In this document: piece after piece, positions 24,782 to 36,661 of the stretch
Position numbering within the stretch: position 1 is the stretch's first letter
Layout: the number at the start of each line of letters is the position of its first letter
From: Cyanophora paradoxa CCMP329
Taxonomy: Eukaryota > Plantae > Glaucophyta
Direction of reading: 5' to 3'
DNA length: 64,000 nucleotides
NCBI GenBank assembly: GCA_004431415.1
Contig: QPMI01000428.1
Span: 62,001-126,000, forward strand
Program-made: the position numbers and the translations under genes
The notes under the pieces: model-generated
The model's database searches: none
What the model was told of the DNA's origin: nothing
The model's input: only the letters and a program-made list of their open reading frames with translations

Positions 24782-26345
24782 ACCCTTTCTCTTCAATACG
24801 CTCACGGACGTGTTCCGATGTGAATAATTCGCGCATGTGCTGTCTGTGTGCACGAAATCGCAGCTGCAGAACCTATCTTCGAGCTGCTGCAATTATCGCA
24901 AGCACGGGTCATTCAGGGCTGGGCTCGGGAAACGAGGTATGGGCCTCTATTTTAAGTTCCAGGGATCTCGGCTTTTAGTCGTGCACTTCAGGCATGGTTG
25001 CGGGCTTGCTGTCTTTTCTGTCTATCTTCTATCTTCCACGCTCTGTCTTCAGCACTCTTTCTTCTAGTTCTTTCTGTCGTCAGCGCTCTGTCCCCTTTCG
25101 TGTCCTCTTCTGATATATTCTAACGTCACCTATTCGGATCATGCGAAGGTTGCTGTCGATAGCTCTCTGCCCCAAATATACCATGCATTTTAATTTCTTG
25201 TTTCAATCAGGAAACAAATGGCCATGGGGGTGTCCGTAGTCTAGGCTCTGTGCTGCCGCCCCTGTGCGCCGAGTTCGTGAGCGGCCCGGCGACGGCCCCT
25301 CGGCGGCGGGCGGCCCGCACCCTCGATCTTCGCCTCAACCTAGCGCTGACAGAAGGGCCGCCGTTGCGCTCCGGCCTCCCCCGCCGCTAGGGCGCGTGGC
25401 GCTGCAGCCCCGGCCGCCCCCGCCTCGAGGGCGCCGCGAGTCGGGCTCCGGATCCCTCAGCCCGCCGCGCCGTTTATCTTTACACTTCACCCTCCCGCGC
25501 GCACTGGGCCGGGGTCGATCTGCCGCACGCATGTGCGTCCCACTACGACTCTTTCATTAGATCCCGGTTCCCCCCTTGCCCCCCCGGCGCGACAAACGCG
25601 GCCGGGCCACTAGTAAACCTGCCAACTTCTGGGCCAAGTTGGCAACAGTAAGTTACTACGTACTGCAATTTCATGGCATGGAAATTGAAAGCCATCAACC
25701 GTTGACCTGATCAAATTCGATTCGCTTCGAATTCAAGCTTAAGGCTTCGATATTTTCGCACGTGCACTGCAGCAAATCTTAATGTCGCCTCCCGCAGGAA
25801 TCTGGATCTCCCGGAGTCCTGCGTAACCCATATGCATGGCCATTCCGGCCTCGCCCCCACCAGCTGCAACCGTCGTCCTCGGCCCGGCTCCTCCAGTCAC
25901 GCCCCCTAGGCCTACTGCCCCGCCGATCGCGAACACTGCTTCTAGATCTGCAGGGGCACGGCGTCGGACCGGACTGCTACCCCAGCGGTCATGATCACCG
26001 GGTGACTCGGTGAGTGCACGTGAAATCGAGCGCACGCCGCGACGCGCGCGAGTCGGATGGCTCGCGCAGGCTGCAGCTGTGCGAACTCGCCGGACATCGG
26101 ACCCGCCCTATAGCTAGACCTCTCGATCGCGCGCAGCTGCAGGATCTGCTGCGCCTTGCCTGGATAGCAGTACTCGCTATATATATATTGCGGCGCAGGC
26201 TGCTGTGCATGCAGTACGCCAATTGCAATTGCAATCGGGGGGGGGGGGGGGGGGGGGGGGGGGCTGGAGGCTGGGCTTTAAAATTGAAGGCGGCGCAAAC
26301 AGATCAAGATCAGGCCGGCGCTGGGAGCGCGTCGACGTCGGAAGC

Positions 26346-28392
26346 TTAAGCCGCTGAGCTGCAGTCGACGCCCTCGTCGAGCTCGGTGCCCTTACGCGAA
26401 TTTCGAACGTCAACGACTTCGGCTCAGGTCCGACGGTCCGCTCCTGGTTCGGCATGCGCAGGGGTCTCAAAGGTTTTCTGGCCCATTTAAGTTTGGATAA
26501 AAAAGAATAACTTGCACTATAGCTACCTATGGATAAAAGAATAACTTGCACTATAGCTACCTATGCATGCGCATATGGGGCTTATATCACGGTAATGGAT
26601 AAAAGAATAACTTGCACTATAGCTACCTATGCATGCGCATATGGGGCTTATGAGCTGGCCCCGCCGAAATCGCGACGAAAATTCCGAAATCGAAAGCTGC
26701 ATACAAACTACTTGATAAGGTTTACTTTATTCTTGTGAGCTCCGCGGCCCGGCGGCCCCAGTTGAGCGAATGCCGCAGTGCGAAGATGCGATTGCGATAT
26801 CGATTGCTGCAATTGGCTAGTACAAGCCAACTATGGCAGCCGCCAGGAAGCCGACCCATGCCGCAAGCACGAACTGCAGCTGAGCGGTACCGGTGTGAAG
26901 CTCTGAATTCAGGGAAATAGGCACGAGGTCTAATTGTATAATTTGAATTCTAGATCTTATGGGCCAGCACGTGCACGCGTACATACCGCGGTGCTCGTGG
27001 GCATGGCGAGAAGGCCGGGGGACGCGGATGATGGCCAGTAGGGCACCGAAGCGACTGTCGGGCGCCACACAAAGGCCTGCGCGCACATCTGATTAAATTT
27101 TTTAAAGGTGTAAATCGATGCTTGCTCGAGTTCTGACCATGACCATTATAAATCCATAAAACAGCGTTTGCTAGTGCTCGATTTGCGAGCATCCGCCTTG
27201 AAATATTAATTGCAATTATATTGTCGCGGACGTTTTGGAGGATGAGGCGGGCGAAGGACGGCGTAGGATTGGCCGACTCGATTACGAGGCTGTAGGAGAC
27301 GCCCTCGGTGTACTGCTTCAGCTGCCGGTCGCCGCCTGGGCGCCGCCCCTGGCTGTTCTGGCGGGCCGAATTGATGCCGGGCACGCCTGCAAGAATAGCG
27401 CCATCAGCCCTAAGCCCTAATAATTTAAAAGCCCCTCGATTTCGATATATCAAGAGACCGTTGGGGGTGCTCTAACTATAGCCTAGTTGAGTTCAGAGCT
27501 CTGAGTTCAGTGCACGCACGGAACTGGATCTCTGTCGAGCTCGTGATGCGCGCATCGACGGCCTCTGTCAGCGTCCCGTCGGCAGCCTGGATGTAAATTC
27601 GGATCGGCTCCCCCACCTAACAAATTTAAAGCACGACATGGATGTCATGGTCAGGTGTACTGTTAATCTTGCGAAGGTTTTAGTAACTGGACAATAAACA
27701 GGAATGTCGCGCACTGGGAAACCGGTCCCAATGACAGATACGAGGTTTCCACCCTCCTGGTCGTGAAGTGCGTGCGTCAGAAATATTTCCGAATACAATT
27801 GCAACAATCGCAGAGTCCGAAATAATTATTATGCGCGAAAATTCAAAAAATCTAGAAGAGCGTCGACGTCAGCGTCCGAGTGCGCATGCAAGCACCGTGG
27901 AAGCCTGAACGACCGGGGCGGGAAGAACGAGCCGGAGGCTGCCGTCCGCGTCTCGGACGACGCTACCCCCCTTCACGTCAACCTGTTTAATTTAACGCCA
28001 CCATCAATATGTGAGTCGGACTCCATGGACCACGATCACATGAGATCATGATTGATATTATTGTCTTTAGACCCGAAAACCGAAACGCACCACAATACCC
28101 GCAATACTCAAGGAAGACGCCAACGGGGGCTGCGAATATAATTTGGAGAATCAGGCGCAATTGCAATCAATCGTCCGACGGTCATCATATTTCAATGTTA
28201 ATGATATTTATTATCGACCAGCTGAAGAGCATGTGCACCAGAGGAGTTGGTGACGGAGGCAGTGCAGTCGGCTCAGGATCCGATGCCGGCGTGGCCGCGG
28301 CCGTGGGCGAGGGGTCGGCGGAGAGTGGCGACTGGCTCGGGCTGGGGCTGGGGCTGGGGCTGGCGACTGGAATTGGGCTGGAGCTCGGGCTG

Positions 28393-28423
<31 letters not shown>

Positions 28424-31400
28424 CCGCCTCGGTGGCCATGGGCGAGGGGCTTGGAGACGGGCTGGGGGAGCTCGGCGGGCTCGGCGACGGGCTCGGCGAC
28501 GGGCTTGGCGACGGGCTGGGCTTCGGGGGCAGCGTCACATTCAGGTGGTGCGCGAAAACGTAAACGCCGTCCCACACTGCGGTTTCAATAAATTAGAACA
28601 CGCGTTTTCGTCATGAGTTAGCGCACGCGCACGCGTGATAATAATTGACACAAAGATCATTGATATTCAATATATAGGTATGTACGCGCGCACCAGAATA
28701 GAAAACAGGAAGCTCACGCACTCCGATGCTAGAGATTCCTTGCTCGGGGCGCTGGAGAGTAGCCGGGACGCTAGGCGCCGGCGGCTCGCCGCCTTCGCAC
28801 CCACCTCCTTTGCAGCATTCAGTGATGCACCCTCCTTTTGAGTCGAGACAGTTCTTACAACAGCAGTCGACTTTCACTCCGCATCCGCCCCCGCCACAAC
28901 ATTTCTCGTCGCAGACGCCTCCTTCTGAGTTCCAGCAGGTCTCGCAGCAGCAGTCGGCTTGGAGCGAGCGCGATGTCGACCCGCGCTCGCCACTGGGGCT
29001 CGAGCTCTGCGCTGCCGTCGACGTCGACGGCTTGGAGGGCGCGGCGATCCAGTGCTTTGGAATCCAACCCGTGGACTTCAGCGCGTTCCTCCTGGCCGGC
29101 GCCGCCGCGTTAGCTTCAGCCTGCTTCCACTGCTTTGGCTGCGTCTTCGCCGCCATGGCGATGGCGCCCGTTGGCGCGAAAGGATCGGGGGCTCGCGCCC
29201 CTCGGAGACTCCGTTTCCGTTCTGGTGCTGCTGCAGTGCGTTATAATAAATCACGATTATAAATCGCGTGAAATACAACTTTGAAGCGGCCCGAACCGTC
29301 GGTATCTCCGGCTTTTGATGCACTTTTTGATATCGATGCACTTTTGGGGCATCCTCCTCCTTCGCAGCACGCGCTGATGCAGAAACCGTCCTTCGTGCAT
29401 TCAGGGCAGCAGCAAGGGGCTGCAGGGCCTGACAATTGAGACATCAGCCGCACTGTGTTGGCAATCTGAAATCTGAAATATCAATCCCACCTCCGCATAC
29501 GCCGGCGTTGCAGCCTTCGCCCCTGACGGCAATGCACTCAAGATTGCATTGCTCCAGTTTCGGATCCTGGTTGTAGCAAGCTTGGCAGCAACCTTCACTG
29601 CACTCCCCGTTGAAGACACATTCGGGGCAGCAGCAGTCGACGTCGACCGGCGGCGCCCACTTAGAAGATGGGCTGCGAGCGCGCGCGTGGCGTCACGGCG
29701 TGCAAACGGCGCACACATACGTCAGCCGTATCCGGATCGGACACAAACGTTTATATATGGCGCGCGCCAAGCGTAAGGCGGCGGCGCACTCGGCAGGCGG
29801 GAGCACGGCCTCTTCCAAGAGCTCCTCGCCGGCCGAGTTGAAGGAGCGGATCCAGCCGGAGCTCGAGCCCTCGACGCCGACGCCGTACACGTACTGCACC
29901 AGCAGCCGCCACAGCCCGCCCCTGCGATCGCGACCTGAAGCTCAAATGCATTCACACGGTTCGCAATTCGCTGTACGGATATGGATCGCATATGGATTCA
30001 AACGTTTCGGGATCGTGCACGTGGTCGATATCGTGATCGGATATGGATTCGGACGTTTAGATTTAGCGAGCTCGAAGAAGTAGCGCACGTGGTTCTGAGG
30101 ATAGAGAGGCCCGTGGCGTAATTGAATGTTGCGTTGGTGAATGCAGAAACAGTCGCGGGCGTGGTCCTGGTATCAATCTGCAATCACTTCACGATCAGGC
30201 ATTGATATCAAAGTATACGTGTGTAGTACTGTGTACAGAATATCTCTATACTATATAGCTAGAATGTTTTGCGAATGCGACTGCAGTACTAATGTTAAAA
30301 TTGACATATATATATAGCTATATATGAATCGCGAATTCGAACCTTCCAAACAGGGACGTTGACCTCGGGAGCGCATTGCATTGAGACGTATAAAACAGGA
30401 GCGTCCTCCTCCGCGATCATTCCATTCATGGACGGCTCGCAGTCAGGGCCTGTGAGAGGCCACGTGTGCACCACGCTCGAAGTCGAAGTGCCTGTCGGCA
30501 TCGGATGCGCGAAAGTACCGCAGTGCATGAGTAATTGTAAGAAGTCGCAAAGGAAATGTGGATTTGCCGGAGCTCGAGGACCTGAGACGCTCATCGTGTG
30601 GAGCTCTGCGCGATGGGTGCTGAGCAACCCGCGTCTCCGAGGTACCTCGATCGGCTTGGGCTCGCTCGTCGTCCTGTGCACATGTCCATGTGCAGGTTCG
30701 ATTGCAATTAATATTGATCCGCGCCGGATCCGCTCGGGCCATCTCGCACATGTACATACCAGAATATTTTAGAGTCCGACGGAGAGTAAGCGATTGAACG
30801 GATGTCACTCCATCTCGTATCATCTGCGTATATAATTAGTATATATTGCAATTTTAATTTGATTTCAATGGACTCCGCGGCCGGGAGCTCATGCATGGTC
30901 AAGATCACATCGATATTAATGATATCCGGGGCTGGAAGATCGCATATCTAGATCGAGCTCGTCCAGCCCCCGCAGTGCTGGTGTTTAGCTATATGGACTC
31001 CGGGAGACTGTGGCCGGTAATTTACCAAAAACCTATATATATATATATATATCTTGATCTTCCAGCGAATGCGCATGCGCACCACGGCTAAGCCAGAGGC
31101 CAGTCACTGTCTTTGCAGTTAGGTCGATTACGCCGATGATGCCATACTTTACGTCCGCGAAGAATAGCTTGTTGCCTGGTCGCGGTATGAGAATTCGTTG
31201 ACGTTCAGCATTCGGAATCGAAGCACGATCGTTATCGCGAGTGTCGACGTCCATTTATAAATAGGAATCATCGTAAATAAGCTCTAGATCTTGATAAAGC
31301 ATGAGAGTCGGAGCGGCTCGGACCTGGCACAGACACCAGATTATTCGCCCTCCTGTCCAAGCGCATGCGCCATTGGCAATCAATATTTTTTTTTTCAGGA

Positions 31401-32722
31401 TAGCCCAATTCTTGGGCGCTGGTTTTATTCTCAGACGTTGAAGTCAGTGGCAATCAATATATATATTATATGACGAGCATATCATGATCCGATGATCATG
31501 ATCGTTCATGATTGTAATTATTTGAGAGGAGGCCTAGGGAACGCACACGCCAAGCACGATGTCGCCTTTCTCATCGGATTGCGCCCAGTCAAAAGGTCGT
31601 GTTTCGCCCTTCCGGACGGGTTCGGAATACTCTGCGCATATGCATGCATGGTCATCGGACATGTACGTATACATGTACATGCACATATTGATCTCGATGC
31701 ATATATGTGTAAAACATTCGCAATCGATCGCGAATCGAAAACGAGACTCACGACTTGAGTGTTTGGGGCCAACGATGACGGTCGCCGCGCACGAGCCATT
31801 AATGCGCCAGACTGAGACGTCGGCCCCGAGGTAAAGAAACCCTGATAACGAGCGAGGATTGCAAATATGCATTAATAATATAAATACCTTGAAGCCCGGA
31901 GCATGCGAATGATATATAAATCATTGTTTAACTACGCACCATCATAAGTCGAGTAATGCAGGGACAACACGGGAGCCCCTTGTCCGAATACGGCGTTCGA
32001 GCCGACGCCTGCGCATGCCGAATTCGGCGTTCGAGCCGATACGTATACGCGCGATTGTAGCTTATATAATTCAGATATCGATTGAATTTGCTAAACCGTT
32101 GAGCTCATGATCAACCGGCATGCGCATGCGCATGCGCAGAGATCATATATATATGCATCATCATTACAAACCTTCAACAATATCGCTAGCACCTGGCGTC
32201 GACGCGTACGTTAGATCGCGCGCGAATTACGATTTCGAACAGCTGCAGCGGCATGGATATCGATCCGGAATCGAGCTAAAGCTTGAAACACTAAATTTAA
32301 ACCTTCACATCTTGTACTGGCAGAGATCATGTATACGTATATCGTAATATTAATAATATTCACGAACCTTCAACAATTTCACCTGGCGTCGACGCGCACG
32401 TTAGATCGGCTTTCGGCTTTCCCATCTGAACATGCATATGTACGGCTGCAGCGTACGCGTCACGCACCGGTACGAAGTCTGCCAGCGCAGTAGGTGTAGT
32501 TGCCGCGGCCAATCGCGTCGGGGTCTCCAGCTGGGGTGCTGGAAGCATCGGCGATTGCCAGGGGATCTGTGCATGCGCATGCGCAATTGACGAATTCGAA
32601 GTCAAAGTCGTTCATATAGGCCGGGCATACTGCCAGGCTGCGCCAGGGAAGAACAAGAACGTATACGTACAGGCGGAGAGTAGAACTGCACTCGTCAAAG
32701 CGAGAACCACAATGGACCTCAT
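26346..32722 (-). pseudogene. Multi-exon secreted glycoprotein (signal peptide, beta-propeller-like pieces, four Cys-rich repeats, (SP)n stalk, TIG-like piece); probably degenerate, 3' end uncertain
   Basis: Signal-like start MRSIVVLALTSAVLLSA at 32722. Fragments GNKLFFADVKYGIIGVIDL and SIAYSPSDSKIFW. CCCxxC...CC repeats at 28790-29650. PSPSPS repeat at 28185-28577. EGGNLVSVIGTGF. Frames could not be joined cleanly. Confidence 0.5.
26494..26651. repeat. Short tandem triplication
   Basis: TGGATAAAAGAATAACTTGCACTATAGCTACCTATG x3; the last two copies are extended by CATGCGCATATGGGGCTTAT. Confidence 0.9.
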
Positions 32723-33177
32723 CCGCAAAATCGATATCCGGCCCACTTCCATATCCGGAGTACTAGTGGCCATATGCATGGAACGTGCACCCGCGGCCGG
32801 TACACGCGTACGCGAAGCGACCCCAACCCCCCGCGTACGTGGCCCGACGGTACCGATGAAACAGGTCAGACGTGCCACGGTGGACCCGGTCCCGTGGATG
32901 GTCGAGCTCAAGGCCTCCAGTCCAGGATCTGGGAAGACTGGGATCCGCTTCCTTTTCTAGATCATGCAAGCCTTGATCATGCCATGATCATGATGAAGCC
33001 TCAACTGCAGATCTAAGAAACTTCGTAGTGCACGCTGCAGCTGCCAGGCTCAGCGGCTGCACGTGTACGTATACATGCCATCATGGCCGGGCATGACATC
33101 GGTGCACAGTCCATCATGCTCTGCGAACCTGCCAAGCTGGACGATGAGCCCGCGGCCCCGCCACACTGGGCCGCCAG

Positions 33178-33236
33178 ATCATTGATACATGTGCCGGGGT
33201 GTATCAATGCGACGTCCACTTTTGCAAAAAAAAAAA
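33178..33236 (+). mobile_element. 59-bp extremely 5'-truncated copy of the same non-LTR retroposon
   Basis: Near-identical to the 3' end of 22941-23297. A11 tail. Perfect 16-bp TSD CACACTGGGCCGCCAG at 33162-33177 and 33237-33252. Confidence 0.9.
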
Positions 33237-33593
33237 CACACTGGGCCGCCAGGCTGCCGTACGCCAGCGAGGGCAGGCCCTGAGGGGTGCCTGGCAGCCT
33301 GTGCCACGGTGGCAGCCTGACACACTGTGAGTCTGTGACACCGTCACACACGCGGTCCCACCGGTACGGCGGTACCAGCTGCAGGTTGCCAGCGGGCCGG
33401 CGGCGGCTGCAGCTGGTCCTGCACGAAGGAAAGCAGCGGAATTATCGAAGCTGCGGAACACGTCGACGTCGAACGCCCGAAGTTCGGAAAGAAGTGCGGA
33501 ACTCCGGGACTGTCCATGGTACTACATGCTCGAAAAGAATCCCGTCGGGCACTAAATTACCGTAGTCCCGCCGTTTTAAAAACCGGCCCGCCA

Positions 33594-34110
33594 TAGAGCA
33601 AAATACCGCCGTACGGCCCGTACCAAATTACCGCGTTTTACAAAATTTGAGGCTTGTATGGGGCGGTAATGTTGGGGGGGTACTGTATGGGGCGACCTCG
33701 AGCTCTCAGCAGGTAATTACCGCGGTACCAAATAACCGCGTTTTAACAAACTCTTGGGCCGTCTTGGCGCGGTAATTTGGTTACTAATTTTGGTACCGCG
33801 GTAATTAAGTGGGCGCGGTATTTATGTGTTCTACGGTAGTAGCCTAGATGATTCGAATTCGTAGAAGCGGATCCGGACCTTTCGGAACTTTTCGAAAAAC
33901 CAAGTAGCGGACCTTTCGAAAAAAACTAGTAGCGGAGCTACTACTAGGCTCCGAGCGGTCCGCCGCCGGACCGAAAAGAAAAATGGAAGCGGACCTTTCA
34001 AAAAAAATAGAAGCGGACCTTTCAAAAAAAACTAGTAGCGGATTTTTTCGAGACTTGAAAAAAACTGCTGGCGAACCTTCATTTGTTTGGTGAATTCGAA
34101 CCTTCATGTA
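33594..34110. mobile_element. Two adjacent degenerate MITE-like elements (about 33594-33833 and 33845-34110)
   Basis: AT-rich. The first has many TACCGCG/CGCGGTA subterminal motifs in both orientations. The second has repeated AGCGGACCTTTC(G/A)AAAA. Imperfect terminal inverted matches; no clear TSD. Confidence 0.5.
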
Positions 34111-34122
34111 CGTGAGTCGACT

Positions 34123-36324
34123 CTAGATCTCTCGGCTTTCGAGCTCGATTAACCTGAGCCGTAGCTTGAATATGACTGCCAACGAAATCCTTGCATGCGA
34201 ACAGACTGCAGCTGTAGCTAACCCTTCGGCGTAGGGGGCGCCCCGGAGGGTCATCTCGTCGCCGCAGTTGCGCCGCACGCTCTCGAGGGCGTTGCGGCAG
34301 CGCTCCGAGTAGCTGGCGGCGGCGGGTGAGCGCGGGGCGGGGCGGGGGCGGCGGGGCGGGGCGCGGGGCGGGGCGCGCCGCTCGAGGGCCTCGGAGAAGA
34401 CGGCGCGCTCCTTGAGGAAGGCCTCCTCGGACTCGGCGGCCGGCCGGTCGCGCGGCTCCTCCGCCATGCGCGCCCCCACGAGCCGCCGCTCCTCCACTGC
34501 CGGTCCACCTCCTCCAGGTGCCGCACGATCTGCCCCGCCCGGGGCCTCGGCCGGGCTCGGCGGGGCGCGGGGCGGCGGGGCGGGGCGGGGCGGGCGCACG
34601 TCCTCGACCTTGGCGACGGCGCGGGCGGCGTCCTCCCAGGCGGCGACGGCGCGCTCGAGGCGGGGCGCGTGCTCGCGCGTCGTGTACTTGATCGCCATGT
34701 CGAGCCGCTCCCGCAGCGGCATCTCGAGCTGCTCCTGCATCCGCTCCAGCCGCGCCTGCAGCCGCACCTCGCTCGCCTCCTCCGGCTCCCGCTCCGCGCC
34801 CTCCCTGCGCCCGGGCCCCCGCTCGCCCCCGACCCGGACGGCCCGCCGGCGGGCGGGCGGGCGGGCGGGGCGCACTCGTCCTCGGCGGGGGAGGGCCCGC
34901 GCTCGGCCGCCGCGGCCGGGGCGGTCCCCGCGCGGCTCGAGCGGAAGAGCCGGTCCTCTGGGGGCGCGCGGTGAGGGCCGGGCGGGCGGGCGGGGCGGGG
35001 TGGGGCCGGACCCTTCTGGAGGCGCTCGTCGTTGGCGCGAACGAGGCCGGACATGAGGGCCCGCGGGTCCGGCAGCTCGATCTTGCCCGGCGGGCCCGCC
35101 ACGGCCGCCCGCGCAGCCGCCGACGCCGCCGCCGCCTCCCGGCTCTTCGGCCGGTCCTTCCCCTCCGCGGGGGCCTCGTAGAGAGAAACGCTGTACCCCG
35201 GCGCGATGCCGCGCAGGGGCCGGTTGAAGTCGGGCGGGTGCCCGTCCCGCCCGTCCCCTATCGACGCGCGGCCCGGTTTCGGCAGGCCCGGCCCGCCGCC
35301 CCTGTGGCCGTGCGGCGGCTTCGCCGGCGGAGCCGCAGCGCCGGCGGCGGGCGGGAGTGCGGCGGCGCTGCGCGGCCGGCTCGGCGGTCAATAAAAGGCG
35401 GGACGGGCTCGCGAGAGCGAGGCAAGCGCGCACGAAGGGTTCGGGGAGATGCCGGAGGGGCCGGCGGGGCTCTCGGCGCGTGAGGCGCGGGGTGGCGGAA
35501 CGTCGGCGGGGCGGAGGGGGTGGGCCGGAGGTCGGAGGAGGGAGCGGCGGCGGCGGAGGGGCCGGCGGGGCCGCGGGGGCCGAGACGGCAGAGACGATAC
35601 CCGGGGCGAGGGTCGGGGGCGGCCGGGGCGGGATGACGGGCGGGAGGTGGCCGGAGGTGATTCCGGCGTTGGCCCCCGCGCCGCCGGCCGCGGCCGCCGA
35701 CCGCAGCGCCGCCATCGCCGACCGGAACGCCGCCGCGTCCGCTTCCGACTCTGCGCGCGCGTGTAAACCGACGGCGTCAGCGCGGCGGCCGGCGCGGGGC
35801 GGGGCCCGGCGCACCCTGCGGGATGGGGGTGCGGTTGGCGGCGGTGCGGAGCTCCTGCCAGCGCGCGCTGAAGGGGACCGCCTCCTCGTCGCCTTTGCCC
35901 TCCGCGCCCTTCTCCGCCCCCCGCCCCCTGCTCGCCCGCCTGCCCGCCGGCCCCGCCAGCTGCAGTCAGGGCCCGGGGCCGCCGCGGGCGCGCGGAAGGG
36001 GGCTGGCCTGCTGCTCGAGGGCGCGCGCGAGCTTCATCTCGAGGGTGTCGGCGACCTGCGCGTCGGCGACGGCGGACGTGTTCTCGTGCCGCCGCTCGTC
36101 CCGCATCTCCCGCGCGCTTGATCATGATCGCCCGCAGCTGCAGCCCGCGCCGCGCCCCGCGTCGGCGCCCCGCGGCCGGCGCGACACCGCGCGACGCGGC
36201 GTTCGAGCGGCGCGGCGCACCGCCTGCGGAGCTCGACGCGGTACTGCGCCTGAGGTTCGCCTCTGTGAATATACTGCCGCGCGTACTTGCGCTGCAAAAT
36301 CGAAAGTGCTGCGTTCAGCTGCAT
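34123..36324 (-). CDS. CCDC87-like coiled-coil protein (multi-exon; ends approximate)
   Basis: RLERMQEQLEMPLRERLDMAIKYTT...LERAVAAWEDAARAV resembles the CCDC87/MAP65-like C-terminal region. Short GC-rich introns. Confidence 0.55.
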
Positions 36325-36661
36325 TGCGAAAGTGCGAACGCTCCGGCGCCTCCGCTATTCGTCAGAGGGCATGCGTATGCAGGGCGACTTGTTGTGAGGG
36401 GGGAACGGGGCCAGGGGGGGTAGTTCTCCAAGAGCTTGCCCCCGCCCTAGCTATATAGGATCAACCACCGCAAGGCCAGCGCCCGGGCCAGCGCACCAGC
36501 GCCCTCTACCGCACCGTGTCGCCGTTGTGATGTGCACGTAGGACAGCCGCAGCCAGCCGTTGACAGCTTGCGACTCTAGTTGCGAGTGCCGTGGTCGGCA
36601 GCGGATCAGGTCTGGACATGCGTATGCGAACCGAAAATTAGACGCGGCGGAGCAGCGGAGC

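Noticed and set aside
26237-26263. Poly-G run of about 27 nt
   Set aside because: Simple homopolymer; its length is unreliable and there is no evidence of function.
26494-26651. CRISPR-like array
   Set aside because: There are only three copies, with no unique regular spacers (one junction has none and the extensions are duplicated), no cas genes, and the context is eukaryotic.
27405-27420. Telomere-like GCCCTAA repeat
   Set aside because: Only two units.
22941-33236. A 10-kb element bounded by inverted repeats enclosing the H3 variant
   Set aside because: Each repeat has its own TSD and poly(A) tail, so they are two independent retroposon insertions in opposite orientation.
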